Virus record (IMG/VR): IMGVR_UViG_3300046808_001035 | Direction: 5' to 3' (one strand) | Source: a virus | DNA: 64,000 bases | Shown: positions 39,536 through 48,782 of the stretch, piece by piece | How positions within the stretch are numbered: the stretch's first letter is position 1 | How the letters are laid out: each line of letters opens with the position of its first letter | Notes under the pieces: model-generated | The model's input: the letters and a program-made list of their open reading frames with translations, nothing else | Told to the model about the DNA's origin: nothing | Databases searched by the model: none | Made by a program: the position numbers and the translations under genes

Positions 39536-40990
39536 TTAAAATCTAAAGTTTTCTGTGTTACCTGCGTTAAATTGGTGGGTAGCTACTCGGCGCTTAAGCA
39601 TTCCTGTGTCGAGCTTGGTCATCAAATCTGCGTCGTATTTGCTCAATGCCTGCGAAGCAACCATGGCTCTTAACTCTGCACGCACAACTTCTTTTTCTTT
39701 TGAAATTTCGGGGGAAAGCCTCATGAGCTGCTCAAAAGCTCTGGCAACTTTAACAGGATTAACTTTAGAAAGGATTGTGTCAGTCAACATCAGCTCTTGA
39801 AGCAATAACTTCCTCTGCATATTTTCTAATGTTAGATTTGGTTTAGCTGCTGTAGGTCCGTGCTTGAATCCTGAAGAAAAGGCATGTGCCGCCTGCTCGT
39901 GAGCTAGGTCGTGTACGGGTCCCGCCATAAATTTACCTAGACCCATCAACCCTCCGAAAAAAGCCTCTTTTTGCATAGCCTCTGCAAGTACTGGATCCTC
40001 TGCATAGGCTTTTGCTACGCTATAGCTTTTATCTGAGGCTTTTTTTTTAATCTCAGCAAGCACAGGGTCTTCTTCCGAAGACTCTTCCTTCTCAGAGGTT
40101 TCTTCCTTCTCAGAGGTTTCTTCTTCTTGCTTGGCTGCCTTTTTCCCTAATACGTGGTTGCATTCTTTTAAGAATGAAGACTCAAAACTGTAGTTTTCAG
40201 CAAGCTCAGAAGCTTGTTTCTCTGCTACTACAAGCTGTTGCCCAGCCATCATCATAGAGTCGAACAGGCGGGCTTCCTTGCAGGGATTAAACATCATATA
40301 GCTTGAGTCGTGCACGCCTCTATCTTCTGCGAGTCCTGCAGCTTTATAAATTAAATTTACGTAAGGCACAGCTGCTTCACCGTGTTTTGCAAAAACCTGT
40401 GACTCGAATTCGTCAAAAGAAGTGCGGTAGGCTGCGTCTTTCTTGAATTCGTCACAAAGCGAAGAAAACGAGTCGTTCAGTGCAATTTCAGAAGCAACTT
40501 TAGCTACTTCAGCAGCTTCAAGATCTTTATTTAATCGCTGTACGTAATTGGCAGACTTGTCCAGTAAAGTGTTTAGTGTTGTAGGAAAAGCTTCGTGCTT
40601 TTCTGGAGCTTCAGATATTTCTAAAAAAGCGCGTTTATATTGAGGGTTATTAAGAATTCTTGTGTAATTAAATACAGTATCGTTCTGCGCGGCTCCTGAA
40701 AACATATCTGCAGAGTATTCTGCCGCAGTCTTTTCATTGCGGGTAAAAGCGTGCTGCACGGCATGAGGAATGTCGGCTATTTCAAAATCAGCAGATCTGT
40801 CACTGGCTGTTTTAAAATGCTTGTAGTGGAGCGCTACGTTTAAGGCTTCGCCTGTTCTTTGAATAAAGTTAGGGTTCAAGTCGAGGTCCAAAGCCACCTT
40901 TTGAAGTGCTTTGGTTGGAGACATACCTTCGTTAACTTTTTGTACCGCGTCGTGCAGCGCAGTTTTAATGAGAATATTTGGCTCTTCCAT
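39536..40990 (-). CDS. Putative head protein, helical, KxA-rich
   Basis: ATG at 40990 (MEEPN) preferred over the TTG at 41023, which lies within a promoter-like element (TTGAAT-17-TATAAC, 41007-41035); IKTA, FKTA, EKTA, EKQA, QKEA motifs. Confidence 0.6.
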   Translation of the reverse strand: MEEPNILIKTALHDAVQKVNEGMSPTKALQKVALDLDLNPNFIQRTGEALNVALHYKHFKTASDRSADFEIADIPHAVQHAFTRNEKTAAEYSADMFSGAAQNDTVFNYTRILNNPQYKRAFLEISEAPEKHEAFPTTLNTLLDKSANYVQRLNKDLEAAEVAKVASEIALNDSFSSLCDEFKKDAAYRTSFDEFESQVFAKHGEAAVPYVNLIYKAAGLAEDRGVHDSSYMMFNPCKEARLFDSMMMAGQQLVVAEKQASELAENYSFESSFLKECNHVLGKKAAKQEEETSEKEETSEKEESSEEDPVLAEIKKKASDKSYSVAKAYAEDPVLAEAMQKEAFFGGLMGLGKFMAGPVHDLAHEQAAHAFSSGFKHGPTAAKPNLTLENMQRKLLLQELMLTDTILSKVNPVKVARAFEQLMRLSPEISKEKEVVRAELRAMVASQALSKYDADLMTKLDTGMLKRRVATHQFNAGNTENFRF

Positions 40991-41026
40991 ATGTTTAATC
41001 TCTATAGTTATATCACGGAGCAAAAA

Positions 41027-42118
41027 TTAATTCAATTCAGTAATCACTTTATATTCTGGAAGGGTATTCTCTTTGAGGGCCAATTTAGAGATCATCTCTA
41101 TAGCTAGAACATCCTCATCCTGCATGCTCGAATCAAAGTCGGTTCTTTGGTTCACTATCCTATTGGTGCTTGCGTCCAGGTTCCTGACCTTAGACCTAAA
41201 GTAATTAATTTCTTCTTTCTTGATGAAGAAAGAGGCAAGATTATTAATCACTGTATTATATGCCAGAGCATCTTTTTTATCTTCGATAGAAAAATACAGA
41301 GAAGTTACGTTATCCAGCATGGAATCGGCTAAATAGCTGTTGAGTCTTTCTTTCTCTTCAGTGGTTAAACTGGAAGGATCGGCTTCGGCTTTCAACCCAA
41401 GTTCTCCTAACGAACCTATGATCTTAAAATACCTACGATCCATGTCACTAATCACTTGGTTGTCGGTTAACTGAGTAAAATAAGCAGCTCTAGCTACCAC
41501 CTCTGTAGGCGCGTTAGTGAAGTCAAAAAAGAGTTCTCTAATGGCTTTTACTTGCCCTGGTAAAAGTTTGTACCTGTAAGCTATCACCGCATCCGATAGC
41601 CCTGCATATATACAGTAACCGATAACGCAAAAATTTCTCTGATGCTCTTTAGATAGCTTGTATTTGACTGCGAAGTCGTAGTTGCTAGAGAATTTTACAT
41701 TACTTACGTGAAGTAAAAAATTGCGTAGTGGTGTGTCTGTGATAAGCTCAATATGTTTGATGCTCCAGAGCTCTACATTTTCTTCTCTATAGCTAGGGAC
41801 GAAAACTTTTTTGTCGCCGTCTAGTTTAAGCTTTTTATTGAATAGCTTGTAAAACGTAGACTTCTGCTCGTCAGAGAGACTAGATACAAGCTTGTGAATG
41901 AAAGGAGACAGCGAAAGGGATACTACAGAGCGCTCTTTAAGATCTTTATGGCTGTGTAAGTATCTCCTAAGACAGGCCGCTCCGTCCTGCGGCTTTCTTC
42001 GGCAATACGCTAGGTTGGCTCTAGAGGGATCTAAATAAATTAAGTACCTCCAATTTGGGAAGTTGTAAAATGAGCCTATCTGGTTAAGGCGTATTGGGGC
42101 TAATTTTTTTTCGTTCAT
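41027..42118 (-). CDS. Hypothetical protein
   Basis: 363-aa ORF. Confidence 0.6.
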   Translation of the reverse strand: MNEKKLAPIRLNQIGSFYNFPNWRYLIYLDPSRANLAYCRRKPQDGAACLRRYLHSHKDLKERSVVSLSLSPFIHKLVSSLSDEQKSTFYKLFNKKLKLDGDKKVFVPSYREENVELWSIKHIELITDTPLRNFLLHVSNVKFSSNYDFAVKYKLSKEHQRNFCVIGYCIYAGLSDAVIAYRYKLLPGQVKAIRELFFDFTNAPTEVVARAAYFTQLTDNQVISDMDRRYFKIIGSLGELGLKAEADPSSLTTEEKERLNSYLADSMLDNVTSLYFSIEDKKDALAYNTVINNLASFFIKKEEINYFRSKVRNLDASTNRIVNQRTDFDSSMQDEDVLAIEMISKLALKENTLPEYKVITELN

Positions 42119-43058
42119 CTCTAGGCATTCTGTCTGTTAAAGCTCCAGCTACCCCACCGATACCAGCTCCCCAGGCTAACGCTTTTGGCAGCTCGTGACC
42201 TAGTTCATTGATGAGCCTCGGAGTTACAGTAAGTAAAGGTTTGCCTTTAGCATATCTAGCAGCGTTACCTATACTTCTTCCTAGGGCTGTAATTATTGGA
42301 GGATGTGTCGCAGTAAAAACTCCGGCAGCTCCACCTAAAAGAGAGCCTACTCCTGTATTTTTGAGTTTAGTCATTAAAGCTGAGTCCTCGTCGTCAGCCC
42401 TTAGAGCGCTAACCATCTCGCTGCCAGGTATGCTGGTCAAATAGGGTTGTCTTTGAATTATATCCGCAGCCTCGATGAGTGCTTGGTTCTTTGATGGGTT
42501 ATAATGCTCGTATAATGGGTAGGCTGTTCCTGCGGCGGCTGCCAAACCTGCACCAGTCAAGGCGTCGTAACCACTTCTACGTAATAGTGCATTTGCATAA
42601 TTTTTCCTGGCAGACAGCCGGTCTAGATTCCTGCCGAGTTGAAATGGGTTTTGAAAAACCTTTTTGCCTGTAGCGTCTAGCTTGGTCAGTCCTTTCCACC
42701 CGAGCAACCTAACCGCAGAGCTTAAAATAAATCCTGCAGTCAGCGCCCCTCCGCCCATAGAGGTTACATTATTTAGAATCTCTTTGCCTAGCGAGCTGTG
42801 CGCTCCTCCAGAACGCTTGATTCTTTTCAGTGCTTCTATAATCTGCTTTTTCCTTTCTTCCGGATCCGAAGAAATGATTGAAGCTGACGGTAGTACATTT
42901 TTAACGATAGGTGCCAGTGTTCTGGCTGACCCTGGTAAATCCTCTGCAACATCAGAGGCGGAATACCTCCCAGGGTTAGCATAAAACAAGTTCTCACGAA
43001 GCAAGTTTAATGCAGCTAGCCTCTCAGCGTAAGTACTCGGCTTCTCAGAATCTGGCAT
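42084..43058 (-). CDS. Putative virion membrane-interacting protein (glycine-zipper helices)
   Basis: 324 aa with four GxxxG-rich hydrophobic segments. Confidence 0.5.
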   Translation of the reverse strand: MPDSEKPSTYAERLAALNLLRENLFYANPGRYSASDVAEDLPGSARTLAPIVKNVLPSASIISSDPEERKKQIIEALKRIKRSGGAHSSLGKEILNNVTSMGGGALTAGFILSSAVRLLGWKGLTKLDATGKKVFQNPFQLGRNLDRLSARKNYANALLRRSGYDALTGAGLAAAAGTAYPLYEHYNPSKNQALIEAADIIQRQPYLTSIPGSEMVSALRADDEDSALMTKLKNTGVGSLLGGAAGVFTATHPPIITALGRSIGNAARYAKGKPLLTVTPRLINELGHELPKALAWGAGIGGVAGALTDRMPRDERKKISPNTP

Positions 43059-43067
43059 ATGCTGAGA

Positions 43068-45320
43068 TTAAGCTTCAAAGCCATCAGCTTTAGACATGTT
43101 GATCGAGAGCTCAGGAGACTTTCTCTTTAAGAACACGATAAGCTCACCTACGTTTTTGAAAACACTGGTTACAAGCTCTAGCAGTTCAGGTAAATCTCCG
43201 CGTCCGTACATTTCTTTGAACTTGTCCGTATCCCAATGCAGCAGGAACAGGATGCGCCCTAGTCTATCCATGGCCTCGATCATTGATGGTAGGTATTCAG
43301 AAATCTTGTCTCCTACACTAACGTATTTAGCCAAGGCTCCAATCATCTGAGTGTCAAAAATTTCTTTTTGCCCGTTTTGAGCCATTTGTGTGGCTTGTTG
43401 GACAAGGCGAGGATCAATACCCTTAATCTCTGGCATAGTGCCTAGATCTTTTTGGGTAGGATTGCCTGTGTAGCTGTCCATGGTAGGCAATGTGTTTTCT
43501 TGACCGACACCAACGTAGGTCTGTTGACCGAATTCGTTAGTGTAAGGCTGTTCTTCAAATGGTTGAGGATAAACATCACCAGTAAAAGCTAGCTTGATAT
43601 GTCCTTTCTTTGTAAACCCTGGAACCAATGAATCAAGAAGCTCCGAAGCCACCTTCTGGTCCATTCCTAAATCTACAACCATAGCTATCTTGGCGGCTAA
43701 AGGATCTTCATATTTTTTCTTGGCTCCATTAATATCTACAAAATACTCACTACCGTTTGTATGCACAGTCATCGGGAAGATATTTTTGTCGCGAAGGAGA
43801 CCGTGTAGTGTGCTAGGAGATCCAGGCTCACCCCTCAAATACTTTTCTTTTTCAGCCTCCTGCTCTTTCTTGCGTTTGTCTTGATCTTCTTTGTCTTTTT
43901 TAGACATCCCGAGGGCTGGATAAGCGTAAAAGCTACTATCATGCGACTGGTTTGCAGGATTGATTTTAAGTAATTTAAAGCCTCCTGGGACATAAAGCAT
44001 CTTATCTTTATATTCGAAGCGATCACCCTGCTTCTTCGTCATCACAAGCATGATCTCGTCAGCTCTCTTTGGATGCTCATAGAAGTTACCTCTGGGAAGT
44101 GCATGAACGCTACCTGGGCGGTCTTTAGGTCCTGAGCGTTCAGGATAGCATTCGTAATATTCAGTATATGGTTCTACACTGATACGGCGGATACCTGAGG
44201 CATCTTTAAAGTTAGCGTTAATCCGGAAGGGTTGTGTGGCCTTGAGGTTTTCGTTAATTAAAATATAAACGTTTGAGTACCCTGGCTTGGCTTCAGCAGG
44301 GTCAACCATCATCTTATGCACCATCGAGTAATCTTGGACTCTGATCTGATCCTTAATAAAGACCTGTTTATGGTCTCGGACATAGGTGTTCCCTTCCTTA
44401 CTATCTAGGTCAATAACCAGGGTGTCGTCTGTAGCAAAATCTTGCTGCAATTGCTTCGGGCGTACAATAAGCAATCCGTAACGAAGTCCTCCGAGCTTAG
44501 TAACATAAGAGTAGAACCCGGAATCTGTAGGGTTAGTAAATTTCTTAATATAGTCTACAGCTCCGTAAGAAGACTTTTGACTTTCTGCACGGTCATCTAC
44601 GATGACATACCCTTGAGTCATTAAGGTCTGCTTGTCGTGGTCTGTAAGCTTTTTGACTTCTTCTTTATCTGAGGGCTTAACAACCTTAACCAGGTCAATT
44701 TTTTTAGAGGCCTTATCGCCTTTGCGATACTTGTCGCCATCTTCAAGCTTGATAGCTTCAGCAACCTTCTCTAGCGGATAGAAGCGTAAAAGAGACTCAC
44801 AAAATTCAGCGTCTTTCTCGATAAGGTCTGTAAAAGCTTCTTTTGTCTGATTGTCTGAGTCTTTAACGTAATCAAGCACAGAAGCAATAGCGTATCTTCC
44901 TGTTCTTGGAGGAACACTCATCTGCCTATAGTCGCCCTGAGTAGCGTCTCGCATGATATCAGACCTATTCTCTCTGGAGTCTTCTCCAAGGCCTAGCAAG
45001 TCCTCTTTAATAAACATTTCAGCGAAATCTTCATTAAGCGGGTAAAATTGCTCGTTGTTTTTACTATAAAGCAGGTCGAGAGGCTTTACCTTACCATTAA
45101 CAAAAAAAGCAGGAACAAAAAGGACCTGACCGCTTTCAGAGCGAAAACCAAAGACTCCAAGAGCCTTCGTATTGTCCTCGTTCTTTTTAACTATTTCAAA
45201 CCCTACAAGAAAAGGAATTAGATTTTTAAGGGTGTCCTGCAGCCTCTGATAGGCTAGCTGAAAGAAGGCTCCTTCAATTTGGTCGTCTGCTGCAGTTTTA
45301 GATAAAGCGGTATTTCGCAT
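43068..45320 (-). CDS. Large hypothetical protein adjacent to RNAP beta' gene, probable virion protein
   Basis: 750 aa; N-terminal LSKTA; own promoter. Confidence 0.6.
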   Translation of the reverse strand: MRNTALSKTAADDQIEGAFFQLAYQRLQDTLKNLIPFLVGFEIVKKNEDNTKALGVFGFRSESGQVLFVPAFFVNGKVKPLDLLYSKNNEQFYPLNEDFAEMFIKEDLLGLGEDSRENRSDIMRDATQGDYRQMSVPPRTGRYAIASVLDYVKDSDNQTKEAFTDLIEKDAEFCESLLRFYPLEKVAEAIKLEDGDKYRKGDKASKKIDLVKVVKPSDKEEVKKLTDHDKQTLMTQGYVIVDDRAESQKSSYGAVDYIKKFTNPTDSGFYSYVTKLGGLRYGLLIVRPKQLQQDFATDDTLVIDLDSKEGNTYVRDHKQVFIKDQIRVQDYSMVHKMMVDPAEAKPGYSNVYILINENLKATQPFRINANFKDASGIRRISVEPYTEYYECYPERSGPKDRPGSVHALPRGNFYEHPKRADEIMLVMTKKQGDRFEYKDKMLYVPGGFKLLKINPANQSHDSSFYAYPALGMSKKDKEDQDKRKKEQEAEKEKYLRGEPGSPSTLHGLLRDKNIFPMTVHTNGSEYFVDINGAKKKYEDPLAAKIAMVVDLGMDQKVASELLDSLVPGFTKKGHIKLAFTGDVYPQPFEEQPYTNEFGQQTYVGVGQENTLPTMDSYTGNPTQKDLGTMPEIKGIDPRLVQQATQMAQNGQKEIFDTQMIGALAKYVSVGDKISEYLPSMIEAMDRLGRILFLLHWDTDKFKEMYGRGDLPELLELVTSVFKNVGELIVFLKRKSPELSINMSKADGFEA

Positions 45321-45342
45321 ATGAATAGTCTATAATCCCTTC

Positions 45343-45371
45343 ATTTTATAAATTTTTTCCTTGTATATCAA
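45343..45371 (-). promoter_or_regulatory. sigma70-like promoter TTGATA-17-TAAAAT
   Basis: Intergenic boxes with 17-nt spacer. Confidence 0.7.
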
Positions 45372-45385
45372 GAACCAACTAAAAA

Positions 45386-47236
45386 TTAAGACTTTTCACC
45401 GAAACCAACACCATAAGCTAGGCCTGGAATAGGACTTGCGCCTTTGGTGTCCGAAGTTGCGCCTTTATTGACTAGGTTTACAAATCTTTTAGCTAAGTTG
45501 GTACTATTCAAGACATGCATCCAGTCATCGTGGTGCTCAGGTACATCTACGAGGCGTACCATAGTAGGTTCAAAGTTTGGAGGAGCTTCATGCACCATAA
45601 CGGATTCAACGCCGTGCTCTTTTAGATGCTTTATTACTGCTGTAGTCACTTTTGTGCCTATCGTGTAGTGAAGCTCAGGTTTTTCTAGGTACTTTCCGTA
45701 AGCAAGATCAAGCCTCAGCTGCTTAGATTCAGGTCTAGGGACATAATCCTTTTCAATAGCTGAATAAGCCACTACTTGGTCAGGAAGATAGTCTCCTAGC
45801 CCGTCAGGGTCAGTAATCTTAACGTGGTCTATGGCAGCTTTGGCTATAAGCTCAAAGTTTCTACGATTAACAGGCAGACCGCTATCATCGAAAGCTTTTT
45901 TCATGGCTTCCATATAATACTTCCTGCCATCACCTATACCTCTGTACTGTACAACCTCGCGAGGGTCTACAAGACCTGAACTCAAAGCTTCTCCCTGCTC
46001 TACACGATCGCCTTTTTTGAATTTGGGTTCTTGGTCTGGACCTATGTAGTGCTCGTTGCCGTTAACCTCAATAAAATAACCACCTGCAGACGCAGGTTCT
46101 AAATTTGTAATTATGCCGTCCTCTTGAGCTAGAGGAGCTTTACCTACAAAGGTTTTCGGTATGTTGGCTAGCTGGTTAATTAGCTTAAACCCCTGCTGAC
46201 CTCCTAGACTTGTGGCTGCGCCTCCACTGTGTCGAGCTTTCATAGCGCTCTCAGTCAGTGGTTCTGCAACGGCAGTTCCTGCCACAAGACCAACATAGCT
46301 ATCCATAGCAGCCATTCCTTTTTCTCTCTTACCTACACACATCTGACACAAGCCTCCAGAGTGATGCTTTTTGTTGGACTGGCAGGTCATCGGAGAACGA
46401 ATAGTTATGCTGGTAATATTTTGACTCTTTAAATCTCCGAGCATATTAGATGTAATAGGGTTGTTCCTATTGTATCCAGCTACCCCTTTAGCTAAAAAGG
46501 CTCCAACAGACTCACGGTCGTTAATCGGCACATCTATACCGTTGGTTGTTTCACAATCAGCCTCTACAACCTGTAATGGCATTAGCGCACGCGCAAACTG
46601 TTTTGATCCGTACCCTCCCTGGGCTACTGAAATCTTTTTTAAAACTTCTCCAGTTCTCGTACCGAAAGACGTAGTCAAATACTCAGGCAGAGAAAGCCCC
46701 TCCGCGTAGGAGCTCTTAATCGGAATATCCATTTTAGGTTTGCCTTCAGCGTCTACAACAAAACCCTGAGTGCTAATAGTCCCTCTGTATTGCGCTGGTG
46801 TACCTCTGGACCCGGCTAAAATAATTTTTGCTAGAGAACGATTGTCTGATAACCCTTTAACCAGAATATCTTTTTCGATATCTGACATCATTGAGTTGTA
46901 ATGATCAAAAATTTTTTTATCTTTTACAGCTCTAGAATCATTTGTCTTTTCAACTTTTTCTGTAAACTTTTCAAAGTCATTCCAGAGTTTATCTTTATCT
47001 ACAGGGGAAACGAGGTCCTTTAGAGTGATCGATGTGCCTTGTCTTGTCGCAATTTCAAACCCTAGCCTAGTTAGGTCTGAGACTATCTTACTATACTGGT
47101 CTGGAGCTTTCTCTGCCAGGTCAGCGAAGAGCTTTCCTATACCTTTCTTATCAAGGATAATACCTTCTACTAAGCTATGGAATTGGCTAGGGATAAAAAA
47201 TTTTAATAATACCTGCCCTACAGTAGTGGTAGCCAT
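45386..47236 (-). CDS. rpoC: DNA-directed RNA polymerase beta' subunit, C-terminal part (bridge helix, Zn site, trigger loop)
   Basis: AGSRGTPAQ (cf. SGARG), IKSSYAEGLSLPEY...GGYGSKQF bridge helix, IRSPMTC...GLCQMCVG, VAEPLTESAMKARHSGG trigger loop (cf. IGEPGTQLTMRTFHIGG). Confidence 0.9.
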   Translation of the reverse strand: MATTTVGQVLLKFFIPSQFHSLVEGIILDKKGIGKLFADLAEKAPDQYSKIVSDLTRLGFEIATRQGTSITLKDLVSPVDKDKLWNDFEKFTEKVEKTNDSRAVKDKKIFDHYNSMMSDIEKDILVKGLSDNRSLAKIILAGSRGTPAQYRGTISTQGFVVDAEGKPKMDIPIKSSYAEGLSLPEYLTTSFGTRTGEVLKKISVAQGGYGSKQFARALMPLQVVEADCETTNGIDVPINDRESVGAFLAKGVAGYNRNNPITSNMLGDLKSQNITSITIRSPMTCQSNKKHHSGGLCQMCVGKREKGMAAMDSYVGLVAGTAVAEPLTESAMKARHSGGAATSLGGQQGFKLINQLANIPKTFVGKAPLAQEDGIITNLEPASAGGYFIEVNGNEHYIGPDQEPKFKKGDRVEQGEALSSGLVDPREVVQYRGIGDGRKYYMEAMKKAFDDSGLPVNRRNFELIAKAAIDHVKITDPDGLGDYLPDQVVAYSAIEKDYVPRPESKQLRLDLAYGKYLEKPELHYTIGTKVTTAVIKHLKEHGVESVMVHEAPPNFEPTMVRLVDVPEHHDDWMHVLNSTNLAKRFVNLVNKGATSDTKGASPIPGLAYGVGFGEKS

Positions 47237-47646
47237 TATTTTTTAAATTTTTGTTGTAATATTGAAAACAAAGAAGCTTCTTTGCGATTTTGCGCGTTGT
47301 CTCCGAAAGCCTCTGCAGAGGAAGATAAGAGGTCCTTGCTCGTAGATGGCTCATTATTGTCTACCAGCTCAACTTTTTCTTTTTCCTCATCAAGCTGGTT
47401 CAACGCGTCAAGCTCTTTAAAGGCTGAAGACATAATCCCTCCTTCCAGGTTTTCTCCAGATTGCTGATCTGGAGTAGCCATAGTGACTTCATTGTCTTGC
47501 AGGTCGTCAGAGTCGCCATTATTCACAGTGTCTCTGTCTTGTAGATCTTCAGCAATCTTGGCTTTAATATAGCATGCAGCGTCGTAGTTCAGATCGTCTT
47601 TGCTGAACGAGTCCAAGAAGGCTGCTAATTTTGTGAAGTCTGCCAT
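47236..47646 (-). CDS. Acidic hypothetical protein with KxA motifs
   Basis: Start MADFTKLAAF at 47646 preferred, avoiding overlap; TKLA, AKIA, RKEA. Confidence 0.55.
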   Translation of the reverse strand: MADFTKLAAFLDSFSKDDLNYDAACYIKAKIAEDLQDRDTVNNGDSDDLQDNEVTMATPDQQSGENLEGGIMSSAFKELDALNQLDEEKEKVELVDNNEPSTSKDLLSSSAEAFGDNAQNRKEASLFSILQQKFKK

Positions 47647-47653
47647 AACGGTA

Positions 47654-48487
47654 CTACATTCCTCCCATAGGTGTAGGGTATATGCCTCCACCCATCATGC
47701 CTTGCTGAGACTCTTGGGCTTTCTGGGCTTGCGCCTGCTGATCGGCGTCTGCTTTCTGCTTTGCCTGGTCCATTTTTTGCTTGTGCAGGTCTGCAAGCTG
47801 TTTGACTTTGAATAGAGATGCGGAAGCTGTGCCTTTACCTACAAGGTCTAACAACTCGCGTACAGTTAGAGAAACACGCACATTATCTAGCTCGTTTTTT
47901 GTCTCTTCTGCCGCTGCCGCTGCTTCTTGAGATTCAGCTCCAGGCTGGGGTTGCTGTTGTTGTGGCTGTCCCTGATCTTGCTGAGGCTGACCTCCTCCTT
48001 GCTGCATAGCTGCAAATAACTCTTCTTCAAAAGAAGCTTGCGCTACCATGCCCTGCTCCTGAGGTTGTCCTTGTTGAGGTTGTCCTTGCTGAGGTTGTCC
48101 TTGCTGAGGTTGTCCTTGCTGCATTGCAGAGAGCTGCTGCAATAACTGCTGTAATTGCTGCTGTTGCTGCTCGGGAGGTAGGCTTTGGATTTGCTGCAAA
48201 AGAGGACCAACTTGCTGCTGTACTTGAGGAGGTAGTTGCTGTACCAGCTGCATGACCTGGTCCATCAGTGGATTTTGCTGGGGTTGTCCTTGCTGGGGTT
48301 GTCCTTGCTGAGGTTGAGGTTGCTGAGGTTGAGGTTGCTGAGGTTGAGGTTGCTGAGGTTGAGCTGCCTGAGGGTTGGGTACAAAAGCTCTCTTTTCTGT
48401 CCAGTAATCTGAGGATAGCGCAGCCTTTTTGTGTACCCCTAAGTTGGTTACTTTGTCGTATTCTTCAAGTAGTTCTGAGATTTTCAT
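47654..48487 (-). CDS. Gln/Pro-rich low-complexity protein
   Basis: 277 aa; PQQPQ and PQQGQ repeats; HKKA and EKRA near the N-terminus. Confidence 0.65.
   Translation of the reverse strand: MKISELLEEYDKVTNLGVHKKAALSSDYWTEKRAFVPNPQAAQPQQPQPQQPQPQQPQPQQGQPQQGQPQQNPLMDQVMQLVQQLPPQVQQQVGPLLQQIQSLPPEQQQQQLQQLLQQLSAMQQGQPQQGQPQQGQPQQGQPQEQGMVAQASFEEELFAAMQQGGGQPQQDQGQPQQQQPQPGAESQEAAAAAEETKNELDNVRVSLTVRELLDLVGKGTASASLFKVKQLADLHKQKMDQAKQKADADQQAQAQKAQESQQGMMGGGIYPTPMGGM
48058..48362 (-). repeat. 15-nt tandem repeats (CCTCAGCAAGGACAA / CCTCAGCAACCTCAA) in two blocks
   Basis: Visible as gaggttgtccttgct and gaggttgaggttgct units; encode PQQGQ/PQQPQ. Confidence 0.8.
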
Positions 48488-48684
48488 GATAAGTTCTCTA
48501 TTTCTAATATTTTAAATATTTTAGACTCAAGTTCTTTTTTAATGCTGGGTAGCTTGCCCTGGTCTGGTTGAAGATACAACTCATGCTGGCCAGACTCAAT
48601 AGATAAATAGATTGTTAAATAATTTTTAATTTCTATTATTTTATCATCATCAGATAGCTGGAGCCATATGTTTTCATCAAGCAT
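48484..48684 (-). CDS. Hypothetical protein
   Basis: 66-aa AT-rich ORF overlapping the next gene by 4 nt. Confidence 0.5.
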   Translation of the reverse strand: MLDENIWLQLSDDDKIIEIKNYLTIYLSIESGQHELYLQPDQGKLPSIKKELESKIFKILEIENLS

Positions 48685-48782
48685 AGTCTAGAGAAGATTA
48701 AAAATAAAGAATATTTAAAAAGGGTTATAACTAAGAATTGCACATCTATTGCCTTTAAGCAAGAGCTTACAAGACTAAACGA

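Noticed and set aside
40083..40126. 18-nt tandem duplication (EETSEK x2)
   Set aside because: Simple in-frame slippage repeat in an acidic linker
43068..45320. Portal protein call for the 750-aa ORF
   Set aside because: No portal motifs recognised; left as unknown
48058..48362. CRISPR array
   Set aside because: Tandem 15-nt coding repeats with no unique spacers
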